A stretch of 64,000 nucleotides of DNA from Tubulanus polymorphus (taxonomy: Eukaryota > Animalia > Nemertea): NCBI RefSeq assembly GCF_964204645.1, contig NC_134029.1, forward strand, positions 1,674,001 through 1,738,000, read 5' to 3'. Position 1 is the first letter of the stretch, and every line of letters begins with the position of its first letter. The translations under genes and the position numbers were made by a program. This document shows, piece by piece, positions 41,226-53,056 of this stretch. The notes beneath the pieces are model-generated. The model was not told where the DNA came from. It saw only the letters and a program-made list of their open reading frames with translations, and ran no database searches.

Positions 41226-42144
41226 TATACACGAGGTTCAAATTAGAGCCCAAATTTGAATTTTTTTAACTTAGCGATAATTGTCAGTGATCGTGGTAAC
41301 GAAGTTAATTCGGATCTTTCTTCGTATGATGATTAGATAATTTGTGACGTTCATTAAGACGGTTGATCGCATTTCACCAACTCCCTGATTATGCACTTCC
41401 TGCTCACTCACTAATGTCGCAGTCACCATCAGTCGATTTATTTCAGACATCCAGGGACATCGGAAACCTTTCTACATTGTACTGTATTCTGAGCGGATAT
41501 TCCACGCAAAACCTCGAGAAGCTCGCTATATATATAACGCCCCCGATCCCAATGCACATCTTACAGTGGACACTTACCGTACATAGGCTACCTGGAAATC
41601 AGGAAAGTCAACGTTCACTTCTTTAGTCGGAATTTTGTAGAAAGGCTTAACACCATGGAAAAGTCAGGGTCATTTGATAAGATAGTTAGACCCCACCTAC
41701 AGTTCCCGTCTTTGTTTTACGTATTTGAGAGGAAGACTTGTACATGTCTGGGTAAAAGAAAATCAGATACTAGTAGCTGTGCACCATGTTTCTGCGGCTT
41801 TGAATGTATGCTATAAGACAAACGATCGTGTATCTTAAATAAATAAAATGTATTTTCTCGCAACAAAAATTTGATATTTTACATAATAGCACGGTAAGAT
41901 ATAGTGCATCGTTGATTTATATGAACATGAAATAAAACTTTGTCACCGTTACTGACCGCAGCAATGATTTGTGTATAGAAATACATGTATTTTAGAACTA
42001 ACTTATTAACAATGCCCAGAGCGTATTTACGTATATTAATTAATTACTTGATTAATAAATTAGTGAAAATAATGATTTAATCTATACTTAAGAGATACCG
42101 GTACATGAAATATTGCACGTAACTTTCAATAAACCGTTATTATC

Positions 42145-42383
42145 TCCTCCTCCTCCTCCTCCTCCTCCTCCTCCTCCTCCTCCCCCCTCCTCCCCCCTCC
42201 TCCTCCCCCCTCCTCCTCCTCCTCCTCCTCCTCCCCCCTCCCCCCCCTCCTCCTCCCCCCTCCTCCTCCTCCTCCTCCTTCTCCTCCTCCTCCTCCTCCT
42301 CCTCCCTCCTCCCCCCTCCTCCTCCCCCCCTCCTCCTCCTCCTCCTCCTCCTCCTCCTCCTCCTTCTCCTCCTCCTCCTCCTC
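42145..42383. repeat. (CCT)n polypyrimidine microsatellite
   Basis: ~240 bp consisting only of C and T. Confidence 0.98.
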
Positions 42384-42776
42384 GTCGTCAGTTCTGTATC
42401 TGTATTAAAACACGCGAGACAGGATTTTGCGTCAATCGATGATCGGGATGATGATGATGATGATATTCCGTCCTGTGTGAAGTCTTAAATGCATTTTTGA
42501 ACTTCTTTTTATTTCTCCGTTTTGATGTTCTTATCTGCTGACTCGGCAAACGGCACCTACAAAACAGAAAAACCCGTTTACGAATAATTCAGCGCGCATT
42601 CTGAACTTGGCCGTCAATTGCATAGCTTTTAACCTCAGTTAATAGCGGTTTGCGCTTGGTGACGTCATGTGCGTATTTTCTATTAACAGATGATTTAACA
42701 ATAAACCTATAATCTCTACAATATATTGATTCATGGACTCTTTAACTGTTTAAAAAGCATCAAATCATTAAAAAGC

Positions 42777-42995
42777 AAAGGTGGATCTAAAGGGTGGGGT
42801 ACACCCAAAAATAGGGCATAACATATAATTAAAAGGCCACCAGAAAAGAAAGCTCATCAGAAAACATTAACTCATTTTTTAGAACTTTTTTTGATCGGTT
42901 TAATATTTTTCGCTTTCCTGTCAAATTTCAGGGCAACTTTACATTTTTAGGAGGGGATGCGCTACCCCTACACCCTCCCCTTGGAACCGCCCCTG
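42777..42995. mobile_element. Degenerate MITE-like element
   Basis: GC-rich ends AAAGGTGGATCTAAAGGGTGGGG and CCCTCCCCTTGGAACCGCCCCTG form weak inverted repeats around an AT-rich core. Confidence 0.35.
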
Positions 42996-44061
42996 GTCGA
43001 CCATATGATTGAGAAGGTTTGGTGGGAAAAACCAAAAATCCTAGTCCGTAGCAGCCACCAACATCCCCTCGCCCGATACATGAACCATTATTATTAATCA
43101 AGCAAATCATTTGTATCCGGTGCCTCGATGAAGTGTCATACGAAATCTTAGAACTGACGACGCGAAGGCGGCGTTTAGAGTATTTAAAGGATCAGGTTCA
43201 GAGCCATCGCGGAGACTGATGATAAAACATCATCACTACGCCTGAAAAGTCAAGAATATACTGAAGTGGTCCTAATCAGAGTAACCGACAAGATAAAACA
43301 CTGAAAAACATTCGACTCGACTATCCCGTGTTTATTCTCGTAACGCGATCTGATTTTCCACTCAAAATTATTTATACTTTTCACTCAATAAAAACGATAC
43401 ACCGATTCATTTTGAGGTTTCTCTCGCGTCTGTTTACAGCGATTTGAAATTTATCAACCGATCAATCAGAAATAGAACATGGTTTGGTGTTTCCACTCAG
43501 AGATTCGCGAGGTAAACTCGACAGCAATGAGGATGGATCTCGGCAGCAACGACAAGTTCTTCATTATGTAATGAATGTGAAGATTCATCCCTCGATATAC
43601 CGCCTCCCGAAAAACTGTCACCTAGCTTATAACGCCAGGAAAACGTACCCCTATACCGCCGAAATCCCAATCACTGAGGTGGGCGCAGTATATCGGTTGT
43701 TGGCTGTAAATGGTATAAGTTTCAACCAACAAACTGTTGTCAGATTAAAAATATCATGTTTAGTTTTTAGTGCTCCATTCTACACCGGGGAATTGTGTAT
43801 GAGACGAAGCATTTGAGACTGATGAAATACGACAAAAGCAGCTCTCGACGTCACTGGTCGCGCTGCTGATATTGACATTTTCACAGCGGAATAAAAGCTG
43901 ATTTCACCTGCAGCAAAACAAATACAGACACCACCGTGTTTGCGTAAGGAAACTCTGGCTTTTGAAGGTTACAAATTTAAGAAAAACACAGGAGACACAT
44001 AATACAGGGAGAAACAGAGAGAGAGAGCGAAAGCATTGGAGTGCAAGAGATACCAGAGCTA

Positions 44062-44428
44062 CAGCGGAACCTCGTTATAACGAACATCAGGGCACCAGAA
44101 AATCTATTCGTTTTAACCGATAATTTGTTGAATCCAGTGTAGAAATTAATTCTATTTTCAAAGGCTTATGTGTGATGAATGTATAGGATATGTTCGTTAT
44201 ACAGACGCCAATCAGACGGTTGCACCATAACGCGCTTACCGTCGCTTAATTTTTGTGCTCTATTTCATCTTATTACTGTATGGAAATTGCACCGAGAAGC
44301 ACTCAATTTTCTAAATTTTCATGGATTATGCCCCTTCTTTCATAGGTTGTGCTACCATCAACAGTGGTCCCTGGATCTACCCGTGTCATATCCGGTGAAT
44401 TGTTTTATACAACGAGGAGGTTTTACTC
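44062..44428. mobile_element. Tc1/mariner(pogo)-type MITE
   Basis: Left end TA|CAGCGGAACCTCGTTATAACGAAC; degenerate right end ..ACAACGAGGAGGTTTTACTC|TA; internal TTCGTT(A/T)TA repeats. Confidence 0.6.
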
Positions 44429-44587
44429 TATATACACGCATGCAACTCTTGAATTCAAATTACACCAAGCTTTAAACAGCGACGATGTTATTAGAGAATC
44501 TATCAGCACATATTTCAACTGCTTTTAACATTGTAATTTTTACCGATACTTTGTGCCTTTTTTTACCTTAGCTCTTCCCATTGTCTT

Positions 44588-47500
44588 TCATTGAATACTG
44601 CATTGTTCTATAAAACATTAAAAAACAAATATGAAATTTTAGATACCGGTAAAAACCCTGCAGAAAAGGAAAATAAATCCACATATTTTGATGATGGATT
44701 CAAACAGATTTTAAAACTTACTGATGAATCGATTTTGCTCCTCTTCTTGAGCTGCTTCTTCTTTCTCGGATAAACAGGATTTCTTTTCAACGTTGATCAC
44801 GGATAAATATGATTTGATGCCTTCAGCTCGAGTCATCCATCTACTGATCTAGAAATTAGAAACCACATTGAAATGATGAATTGATGCCATCAAAAATTCA
44901 AAAAGACTAGTCTTAATGCATTTTGGATGTCATTCATAAAGACCTCTATACCTCATTATGTAACAAATCTTTGCGCCTTCCTTTAGGTTCCACTGAAAAA
45001 ATTCAAATATGATTCAGCCATCTACGGTTCACATGGAAAAGAATGTTTAATTCGACTTCAATGAGATATGTGCGACTATACCAAAGTTTTGCGTTGGTTA
45101 TATTTTTACCTTGTATAACTTTAATCAGTTTATCCAAAGCTAATTCGTACAGTTTTTCAGCTTCGCGAAAATTGTCTAGTTCCTCCTAGAATTCGAGACG
45201 AAATCAATTATCTCAAATCTCATGACTGTTTTTGGTTGAGCTGATTGAATGTGATAATTGAATCTTAATTATGATCGTGCTGTGAATACCTGATACATCG
45301 CTTTTTTTACCCTTAAAAGACCGCTCTCTAAATCTTCATTTCCCTTCGAAAGACTCACTTCAAATAAAAACAAATCTTATATGATATGAAACGTTTTTTC
45401 TTCTACTTTCTTAAAAAGTATTTTCGTGAATATTTCTACCTAATTCCTCTAAATCGCACGTGTAAAGACCTCTCGATGGAGTTCGCTTCAACTCAGGTCT
45501 TAAACTTTGTTTAATCTGTTCAGCTCTAGTCATATACTCTTTCACCTGGAAATAATTAACATCTACTGTTTAACGGACCGAACTTAATTCAATCAAACAG
45601 CGCACTATTTCAAATCTGAATTACAATAATAATAAACGTCTACGGCATCAACAATTTAGAATCATGTTTATACGACACAAACAAATTCATTTGATTGTGT
45701 CTGGATGATAATCATTTAGAGACGTGCATCCTTCGGAGCAGCGTGTAAAATTTCGATAAATGTCAGTTAATTAAGAGGTGGGTGAATTAATTCAGATTGT
45801 GAACACATCTAATAAAATATGCCTGCTGGCTCAAAACTACATCATCTTACTGCAGTGTTTCTCAACTATAATTCCATCAGGAAATTGATGAAAACCCAGC
45901 AGTGCTCGAGGGGGTGCAATGCGTAGGATTTTGTGAGCAATTTTGATTTTCTGGGGTTTTTTTTCATGAGATTTTTGTCTGATTAATTTACAACATAATA
46001 CGATATCAAATTCGCGTTTTTTATTCTAACCTTTTGTCTCAGAGCGTTCTTTTTCAGTGGGTCGGTTTCATCTAAAAAAAACAATCAGTTTTGAATATAC
46101 GTTGAACTGTAGTTAGCTGGAGGCATTTCAGCATCGTGATTAAGATATGATTAAAACTGCAGACAACTTACGATGAATAGCTGCCACAAAATGTTCTAAG
46201 GCTTCAACATAAAGTTGATGAGCTTCTTTGTAATTTTTTTCCAAATCCTTTTTCACGGCATCTCCAACGATAGATGCCTGAATAGAATATTAAACAAAAG
46301 CTGAGGGAATAATTGAAGTTTCTACCAATTGGTACCTTATAGTAAATAACTAGACTAAACAAGTCAGTATAAAACTTGGCTGCCATCTATCATACTAGAT
46401 CATCAACTTACCGCTTTTGAGAAAGAGAAGGCCGATGGGAGACAATCGAGGTTGATAAAAGGATGTTGAAAGAAATCATCAAAATCAATTCTAACATCAG
46501 GATCTCGTTGAAGTAATCGTAGAACTAAATCTCGGCAGTTATCTGTTATCTCAATGCCTACTGGAATCTATCGAAATAAACTATTATTACCTACTCAATA
46601 ATTCATATTTCAAAATTTCCTTTTTCATGGATTGTTCTTTACCTCGATTGGCTTTGAATCCAGAACTTTTTCTTGTAATTCTTTATATGTTTTCGACGCA
46701 AATGGAGCTCTTCCAAATAAACATTCTAAGAATTATAATTTGAAATCGCTTTAAGAGAAATTCAAAATAAATAATGAATCTCAGTGGATAAAGAAGTGCT
46801 TACCGTACATAAGAACACCGATAGACCAGAGATCAGCTTTAGGATTATACTGTCGTTTAACTATAATTTCTGGAGCCATGTAAAGCGGAGATCCACGCAA
46901 AGTATGAGTTTCCATATCATCGCATAGATATTGAGCAAATCCAAAATCTGAAACAAAAACCGGCACAGCATATTAAACCAGAATTTAGGAACATTCGCAG
47001 GTATGTGAGATCAAATCTTACCAGCTAATTTGAGAACAGGTTGGTCAGTTGATAATAATAATATATTCTGTGGTTTTAAATCCATGTGTGATATGTTTTC
47101 AGATCTTAAAAACTGCATCGCTAAAGCTGTAAGATTAAATCAAAAACTTTACGTTACAATTTAAGCGAAAAATTTGAATACAATGTAAGAATATTTCCAT
47201 TGTATCTGACCCACACCGCCCCGGGGGACTGTGTTGCGTACCTAACTGTTGTAAAAAACGTTTGACTAGATGTTCAGGGAGAGCTCTTTTTAATCGAATG
47301 AACTTCGATAAATCACCTCCGCTACAATACTCCATTATCAAATAAATATACTTATCATCCCACTGAAAAACAGGTAGAAAATTCATCTTAGATTTTTAAA
47401 AAAGGTTATCAAACGAACGTAAGAAATAAGATTGTGTTCACAGGTGGTCTAGAATTAAAAGGTACCTGAAAGTCAATGAGCTGTACGATATTCGCATGTT

Positions 47501-47777
47501 TTAATTTTTTCAGGATTTCGATTTCTGTCAACAAATTTTCAGTTGATGATTTCGTAAGGCTACTTTTTTCGACGCATTTTACAGCGACGACTTCTCTTCT
47601 GGATAGATCCTGAAAACATAGATCAACTAATCGTGTACATTGTCATTGAATTGATCGGGACTCACGAAGTGAGTTTTTCTGAATCGAATGACAGTAATTT
47701 CTAACCTTTCTAAACGCTTTGTAAACTGTAGCGTAAGTCCCTGAACCGAGCTTTTCTGCAAAGACGTAATCTTTCAT
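44588..47777 (-). CDS. ULK3: Unc-51-like kinase 3 (kinase plus two MIT domains)
   Basis: [53 protein letters not shown] and MIT helices ([18 protein letters not shown]). About 15 exons; first 47777-47706, last 44607-44588, ending KQCSIQ*. Confidence 0.93.
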
Positions 47778-47881
47778 CGTTAAAGTGAAATTATGAGTCA
47801 ATTATCAATATTTTTGACATTTTGTACGTATTAATCCATTTACTTCCGGGTTCAATTGTCAGATTTGACGAGTGAAGTCAA

Positions 47882-47937
47882 TCTTAAGAATCAGCAGAAC
47901 ATGGCGTCACAGGCCTCGGGGCTTGTCATGCCATATC
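47882..47937 (+). repeat. Left copy of a ~55 bp imperfect inverted repeat (partner at 58616-58670)
   Basis: TCTTAAGA..ATGGCGTCACAGGCCTCGGGGCTTGTCATGCCATAT; the core is itself palindromic. Confidence 0.75.
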
Positions 47938-48288
47938 TGATATGGTGTTACAAGCCCCGAGTAGAATGCAGACTATATGTACTTTACGCGGAACGAAGAT
48001 ATATGTTCGCATCGAACGGACCACGTTTTTAAGCCCGATACGGCGTGTAAAACCTGAATGATATAATTTCAAGTACCGGTATGTTAATGTGAAATAAATA
48101 TCTATTTAATTCTAATTCTTTTAATTTATTGTCTAAATTTATACACAATACCGGCAAAGTACCCACAAATTTACAGGTTATTTTGAAGTATTCATCTGAG
48201 GGCAGTGCAACCAGTTTGAAAGAAAAATATATCCCGTTTTTACTTCATAACTATATTCATTTATGCACATTTTAAGTGTTTGTTTATG

Positions 48289-48382
48289 TGTAGTTGAGCT
48301 GATAGAATGCTGAAATAACATCACGGTCAGGTCCTGACCGACTGGAGGCTCGTACACTGCAGACGACAACACATCCTCAGTT
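48289..48382. repeat. ~90 bp direct repeat, copy 1 (copy 2 at 50263-50354)
   Basis: TGTAGTTGAGCTGATAGAATGCTGAAATAACATCACGGTCAGGTCCTGACCGACTGGAGGCTCGTACACTGCAGACGACA..ATCCTCAGT. Confidence 0.9.
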
Positions 48383-48733
48383 TCAAATCGTATTACGCCA
48401 ACGATTACATTTGTGACTGTGGATTTGGAATGATTGCCTTAGCAGAGTTATCTTACTAGAAGTAACATGTTGAAAAGATGTAATTACGCTATAAACCATT
48501 TCCATGGTGTTGGTATATGGAAGAAAACCAGTTTACAGAAACACATGACCATAAAACACGAAGTATTTTAGTTGTAGCTTTTTTGTGTCCGTTGATGTCT
48601 TTAACTTCATGTAATGTGGTTAAGTTTAGGGAAACAACACTTCAATGGAAAATAATTAGAATTGTTGAGGGGATCTTGTGCAACAATAAATGTGATCTCT
48701 GATGGATATTAACAAATACATCCACTTCCAGTC

Positions 48734-48846
48734 AGGCCGGCTAAGAGGGTTGGCAGGGTTCAGGCCGAGAGGGTTGGCAGGGTTACGGCTGAGAGGGTAC
48801 AGGCTGAGAGGGTTGGCAGGGTTTAGGCCGACGGGTTGATAGGCTG
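48734..48846. repeat. G-rich ~24-28 bp minisatellite
   Basis: Repeated GAGAGGGTTGGCAGGGTT(C/T)AGGCC units. Confidence 0.8.
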
Positions 48847-50262
48847 TAGATTGATCTTGTATTAATCTCATCAGTGTTCATCTCTTTTGAGGAGATTCAA
48901 TTATAAAAGATTCTATCTAATACGTGGTCAGTGGGGAATGGACTCTTGCCCAAATTACTGGCCAAGTCAATTGGTCGATATGAAACAACTACAAGCACTT
49001 GAACAGGATTTTATTATCAAAAACATCAGGTTTAAACCAATATCATAAGTAAAACTCGCTTTGAAGAAAACAAACAAACAGAGCCGGACACTCGATAAAT
49101 CACTGTAATAAAATCAAGACTAATCAAATTAATCAACAACAAATGATAAGATAAATTCAACTAACAAAGTATTAGATCATTAAAATAATTATACATGTAT
49201 TGATAATAAAATCAAAAAAGACATTTGACGCTCTTTATAAAAACATCAGACTTAAACAAATACTACTAAACACTAACTAAACTTTCATAACTTACTTTAC
49301 TTAAAGTGTTACATCATACAAAAAAGTATTGATACTAGACTCCACCCAACATCCGACCCTCTTAGTGAAAACTACAATTACAACTTTAAAAATGTTATAT
49401 TAAACAAAGATATTTTCAACTTACTTTAATAACTTTAATTAAATGTTTCATTATACAAATTGTATCATTTGATACTATGATTCACACAAATACTACTTAG
49501 AATACAGCGTAGTACGCTACAATACGAACAATGTCTCCGATTCAGGAAATACCACAAATCTGATGCGAGAATTTCAAGATCAAGAAATGACCCTCTTGAT
49601 CTTTATTAACAATGACAGACTATCTTAATCAAATCATCAATCGAGCATTCTATGATATCAATCATTCATTTTTGAAGTTGATGGATTTTTTTTAATTGTG
49701 TGTTTGATTTTATTTGGTTTAGTGTTTGTTATTCATTAATTGAGTCCATAGAATGCTTCTAAGCGATTGACACAAAGAGATCCAAGTCACTGCTTACCGT
49801 ACGTACAGTCCTCAGTTGCCAGAGACTGCTCTTCCATTTTCAACAGAAAGCGGTATTTCATATATCGGAAAAACACTTCTAACTTATAATCAATTCAATA
49901 ATTCTCTAACAATATAAGATAATTGTACAGTGGAATTTATTTTTCAGCATAATGTTTCAGGTAACAACAATTTTAATCGGCAAATTAGAAAGTATTGCAG
50001 CTAAAAACACTAATTCCTTATTAACACGACTCATAAAAAACCAAAAACACCGAAATACCCAACTTTGAAAACAGTATAAGAGGAAACTTGATTGTATTGA
50101 AGTCATTATTATCAAATTAAACTTGATGAAACTTAATTATATTCCATGAAGTATCCAACATTCTATCATATCTTAAGTAGTTGTTTTTTGTTTAAGTATT
50201 TTTGTGTTTTCAGTGTTTGTATTTCATTGTGTATTTAAGTTTTAAGTGTTTAATTGTTTATC

Positions 50263-50354
50263 TGTAGTTGAGCTGATAGAATGCTGAAATAACATCACGG
50301 TCAAGGTCCTGACCGACTGGAGGCTCGTACACTGCAGACGACATTATCCTCAGT
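50263..50354. repeat. ~90 bp direct repeat, copy 2
   Basis: Near-identical to 48289-48382, with a 1-nt insertion and a small deletion. Confidence 0.9.
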
Positions 50355-51482
50355 CAATTATAAACTGCCCCTCTCTATTTCCAACAGGGTATTTACCGAA
50401 TCGGTATTCTATGAATCGTCAAATATTACATTATCTATTGAAAAAAGTTTAATTAAACCATGGGCGCGAAAAACTAGATACAAGTCGTCCATTAAAAAAA
50501 CACTGACTCCAAAATCGAAGAGTGTATGGTATAACACTTAGTTGAGGACAACCGCAAAGAAAACTGCTCAGTTTCCTGAATTCTGCGTGCCATCCTACTA
50601 AAATCCTCCGCACTAAAACCAGAGACAACCCTCAACGCTAAGTTCACTCTGGAAAGCGCAAGGTAAACAATTTATAACTAATTTAATTCATTTTTCTACA
50701 TTATTATTATTACTACTTGAAAAACTAAGTTTTATATATTTTTTTTCATTTTTTTCTACATTGATATTATTACTACTTGAGAAACTAAGTTTTACATAAT
50801 TTTTCTTTTAATTAAAAATTATTACAATTTTTTTTTTTTCTAAATTTTCCATCATCCACAAAACAATGAATATTCACATTAAGTGAATGGGAGAGGGGGT
50901 TTAAAGGAAACTTGATCTTTAATCGTTTATTACGCTCATCCTATCGTGCTACCACCACCGGGCTTGTTAGTTTAAAAAAATAAAAGGGTTTGTTAATACG
51001 CTTTGCGCTTTGTGCCTAGGATGCTTAAATAAACACTTAAAAGATCAAGTAAAATATTGATGAAAGTGAATTGAATAGTTTAAGGGGAGACGTTTTATGA
51101 ATGAAAGGAAAACTTATTTTGATTTCACTAGAAAAAGATACCAGATGATGCAAATAGGACTCATACATAACACACAAATTCACACACAGATTTACACACA
51201 GATTCACACACAGATTCACACATGACCAACAAATACACGTATTACAATCACGCCTACCTTACACCACCTCCATTTGCATCATACTGCATCTTTTTCATTG
51301 TGAATTTTGGGGCCCCTTTTTAGAAATGCGCACTATACTAAACAATTGTTCACTGATCACTGCTGCTCCTTGGAAATATAGTTCATAACCTCTGCTGCTC
51401 CTTAGATATAATGTTTGTAAACTAGGCTAATCCCGCGATATATTGTTTGTTAACTTTGCTGCTCCTTCGATTGTTGCTGGTT

Positions 51483-51852
51483 AGTAGACTCTTGGCTGGT
51501 AGTAAACTCTCGGCTGGCGGTAGACTCTCAGCTGGCGGTAGACTCGCGGCTGGCGGTAGACTCTCGGCTGGTAGTAGACTCTCGACTGGTAGTAGACTCT
51601 CGGCTGGTGGTAGACTCTCGGCTGGTGGTAGACTCTCGGCTGGTGGTAGACTCTCGGCTGGTAGTAGACTCTCGGCTGGTAGTAGACTCTCGGCTGGTAG
51701 TAGACTCTCGGCTGGTGGTAGACTCTCGGCTGGTGGTAGACTCTCGGCTGGTGGTAGACTCTCGGCTGGTAGTAGACTCTCGGCTGGTAGTAGACTCTCG
51801 GCTGGTAGTAGACTCTCGGCTGGTAGTAGACTCTCGGCTGGTAGTAGACTCT
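51483..51852. repeat. 18-bp minisatellite, ~20 copies
   Basis: Unit (A/G)GTAGACTCTCGGCTGGT; stop-free in most frames. Confidence 0.98.
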
Positions 51853-52607
51853 CCACTGTCGAACTCTAAAAATGATGATGCACAATGACTCAATAAAATT
51901 GTTTGTAAAAGTACTGTATAATTTGATGAGATATCACTGCTTGGATAAAACATTTAATCTAATAATGAAATCGAAATTTCTTACCATAGAATTAACTAGA
52001 AACCGATAACCTTCTTTCCATCTAATTGTGGTTACACTATTGTCTCTGCTGCTCCTAAACTCAATTCTGCCATTACTGAACATCACTGCAACTCTGCTTA
52101 CCATCTGGAACTCTGCTGGTTACATTTTGGGATTTTCTGTTGTCATCACAGCTGCGATATTCGTCATCAGTTATTGTCTGGTCAACTCATCTCATGGCTT
52201 CATTTTGAAACATTCAGCTGGAAAGAAATGATATTTTTGAGGTGTACAATCCATTCAAACATCTTATTATTTTACATGGAGAAGTTAAAATCCGTCCTTG
52301 TCGTTTACAATTGCAATAATTGTATTATTTGATCAGTCATTGTCAATAAACCCCCCGATTGATTAGTATTAGTAGCGTTAGTTAATCACTATTTAAGACA
52401 GTGATCATTAACGTAGATTTCTCTGATACAAGATCAGTTAACGTTGATTTTATACAAAGTCCGCAGTGTCTTTAAAAAGACATTGAGATCCTACTGAACC
52501 TCATTGTCCGAGGAGTTTTGATTTTCTTTTGACATTTTTCGGGGCTGTCTATTCTAAGACGATTTTCTTTGATTAGGCGGGAAAAGGACTAATTGGAGTT
52601 TGTTAAG

Positions 52608-53056
52608 TTGGGAGCTAATAGAGAGACTGGTTACGCCACCTATTGCTCAGGCCTTTTAGTCTCTGCGCTCTGATAGGAATAGACAGTACTAAAAGGTGGA
52701 TGTGCGAGTTCTAGGCGACTGGTAACGCCACCTATCGCTCGTCACCATCCTACCTTTAGCACTGAGAGTTGGGAGCTATAGGAAGGCTGGTAGCGCCACC
52801 TATTATTGCTCAGGCACCATAGTCTCTGTGCACTTACCCGATGCTCTGATCAAAGTTTAATGTATTTTTAGTTTTAGGGGAGTTTTTGAGATTTAAGAGC
52901 TATAGGAAGGCTGGTAGCGCCACCTATTGCTCGGACACCATCATCTCCGCACACTTACCCAAAGCTCTGATTGTATGGTTTAAGTGATTTTGGGAGAGAG
53001 TGAGAGGATGGTAGCACCACCTATTGCTCAGGAATGGTCTACTCTTTGTTTCTGAT
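52608..53056 (-). promoter_or_regulatory. Array of five co-oriented CTCF-like motifs
   Basis: CTGGTAGCGCCACCTATTGCTC-like cores at ~52631, 52723, 52791, 52915 and 53012; reverse complement GCAATAGGTGGCGCTA. Confidence 0.55.

Noticed and set aside
40921-41259. ORFs overlapping tRNA-Ser
   Set aside because: Chance frames across the tRNA with no protein motifs.
42113-42442. Poly-Pro/Leu ORF
   Set aside because: Translation of the (CCT)n tract; no credible splice context.
41575-43915. Isolated minus-strand splice-like signals (~41578-41592, ~42556, ~43908)
   Set aside because: No coherent reading frame; they could be UTR or lncRNA exons but cannot be supported from sequence alone.
48289-48382. 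Hammerhead ribozyme in the duplicated module
   Set aside because: The plus strand has CTGATAG..GAAA without CUGANGA or stem II; the minus strand has CTGAGGA but no downstream GAAA.
52608-53056. CRISPR-like repeat-spacer array
   Set aside because: Eukaryotic context, degenerate repeats, irregular and mutually similar spacers, and no cas genes.
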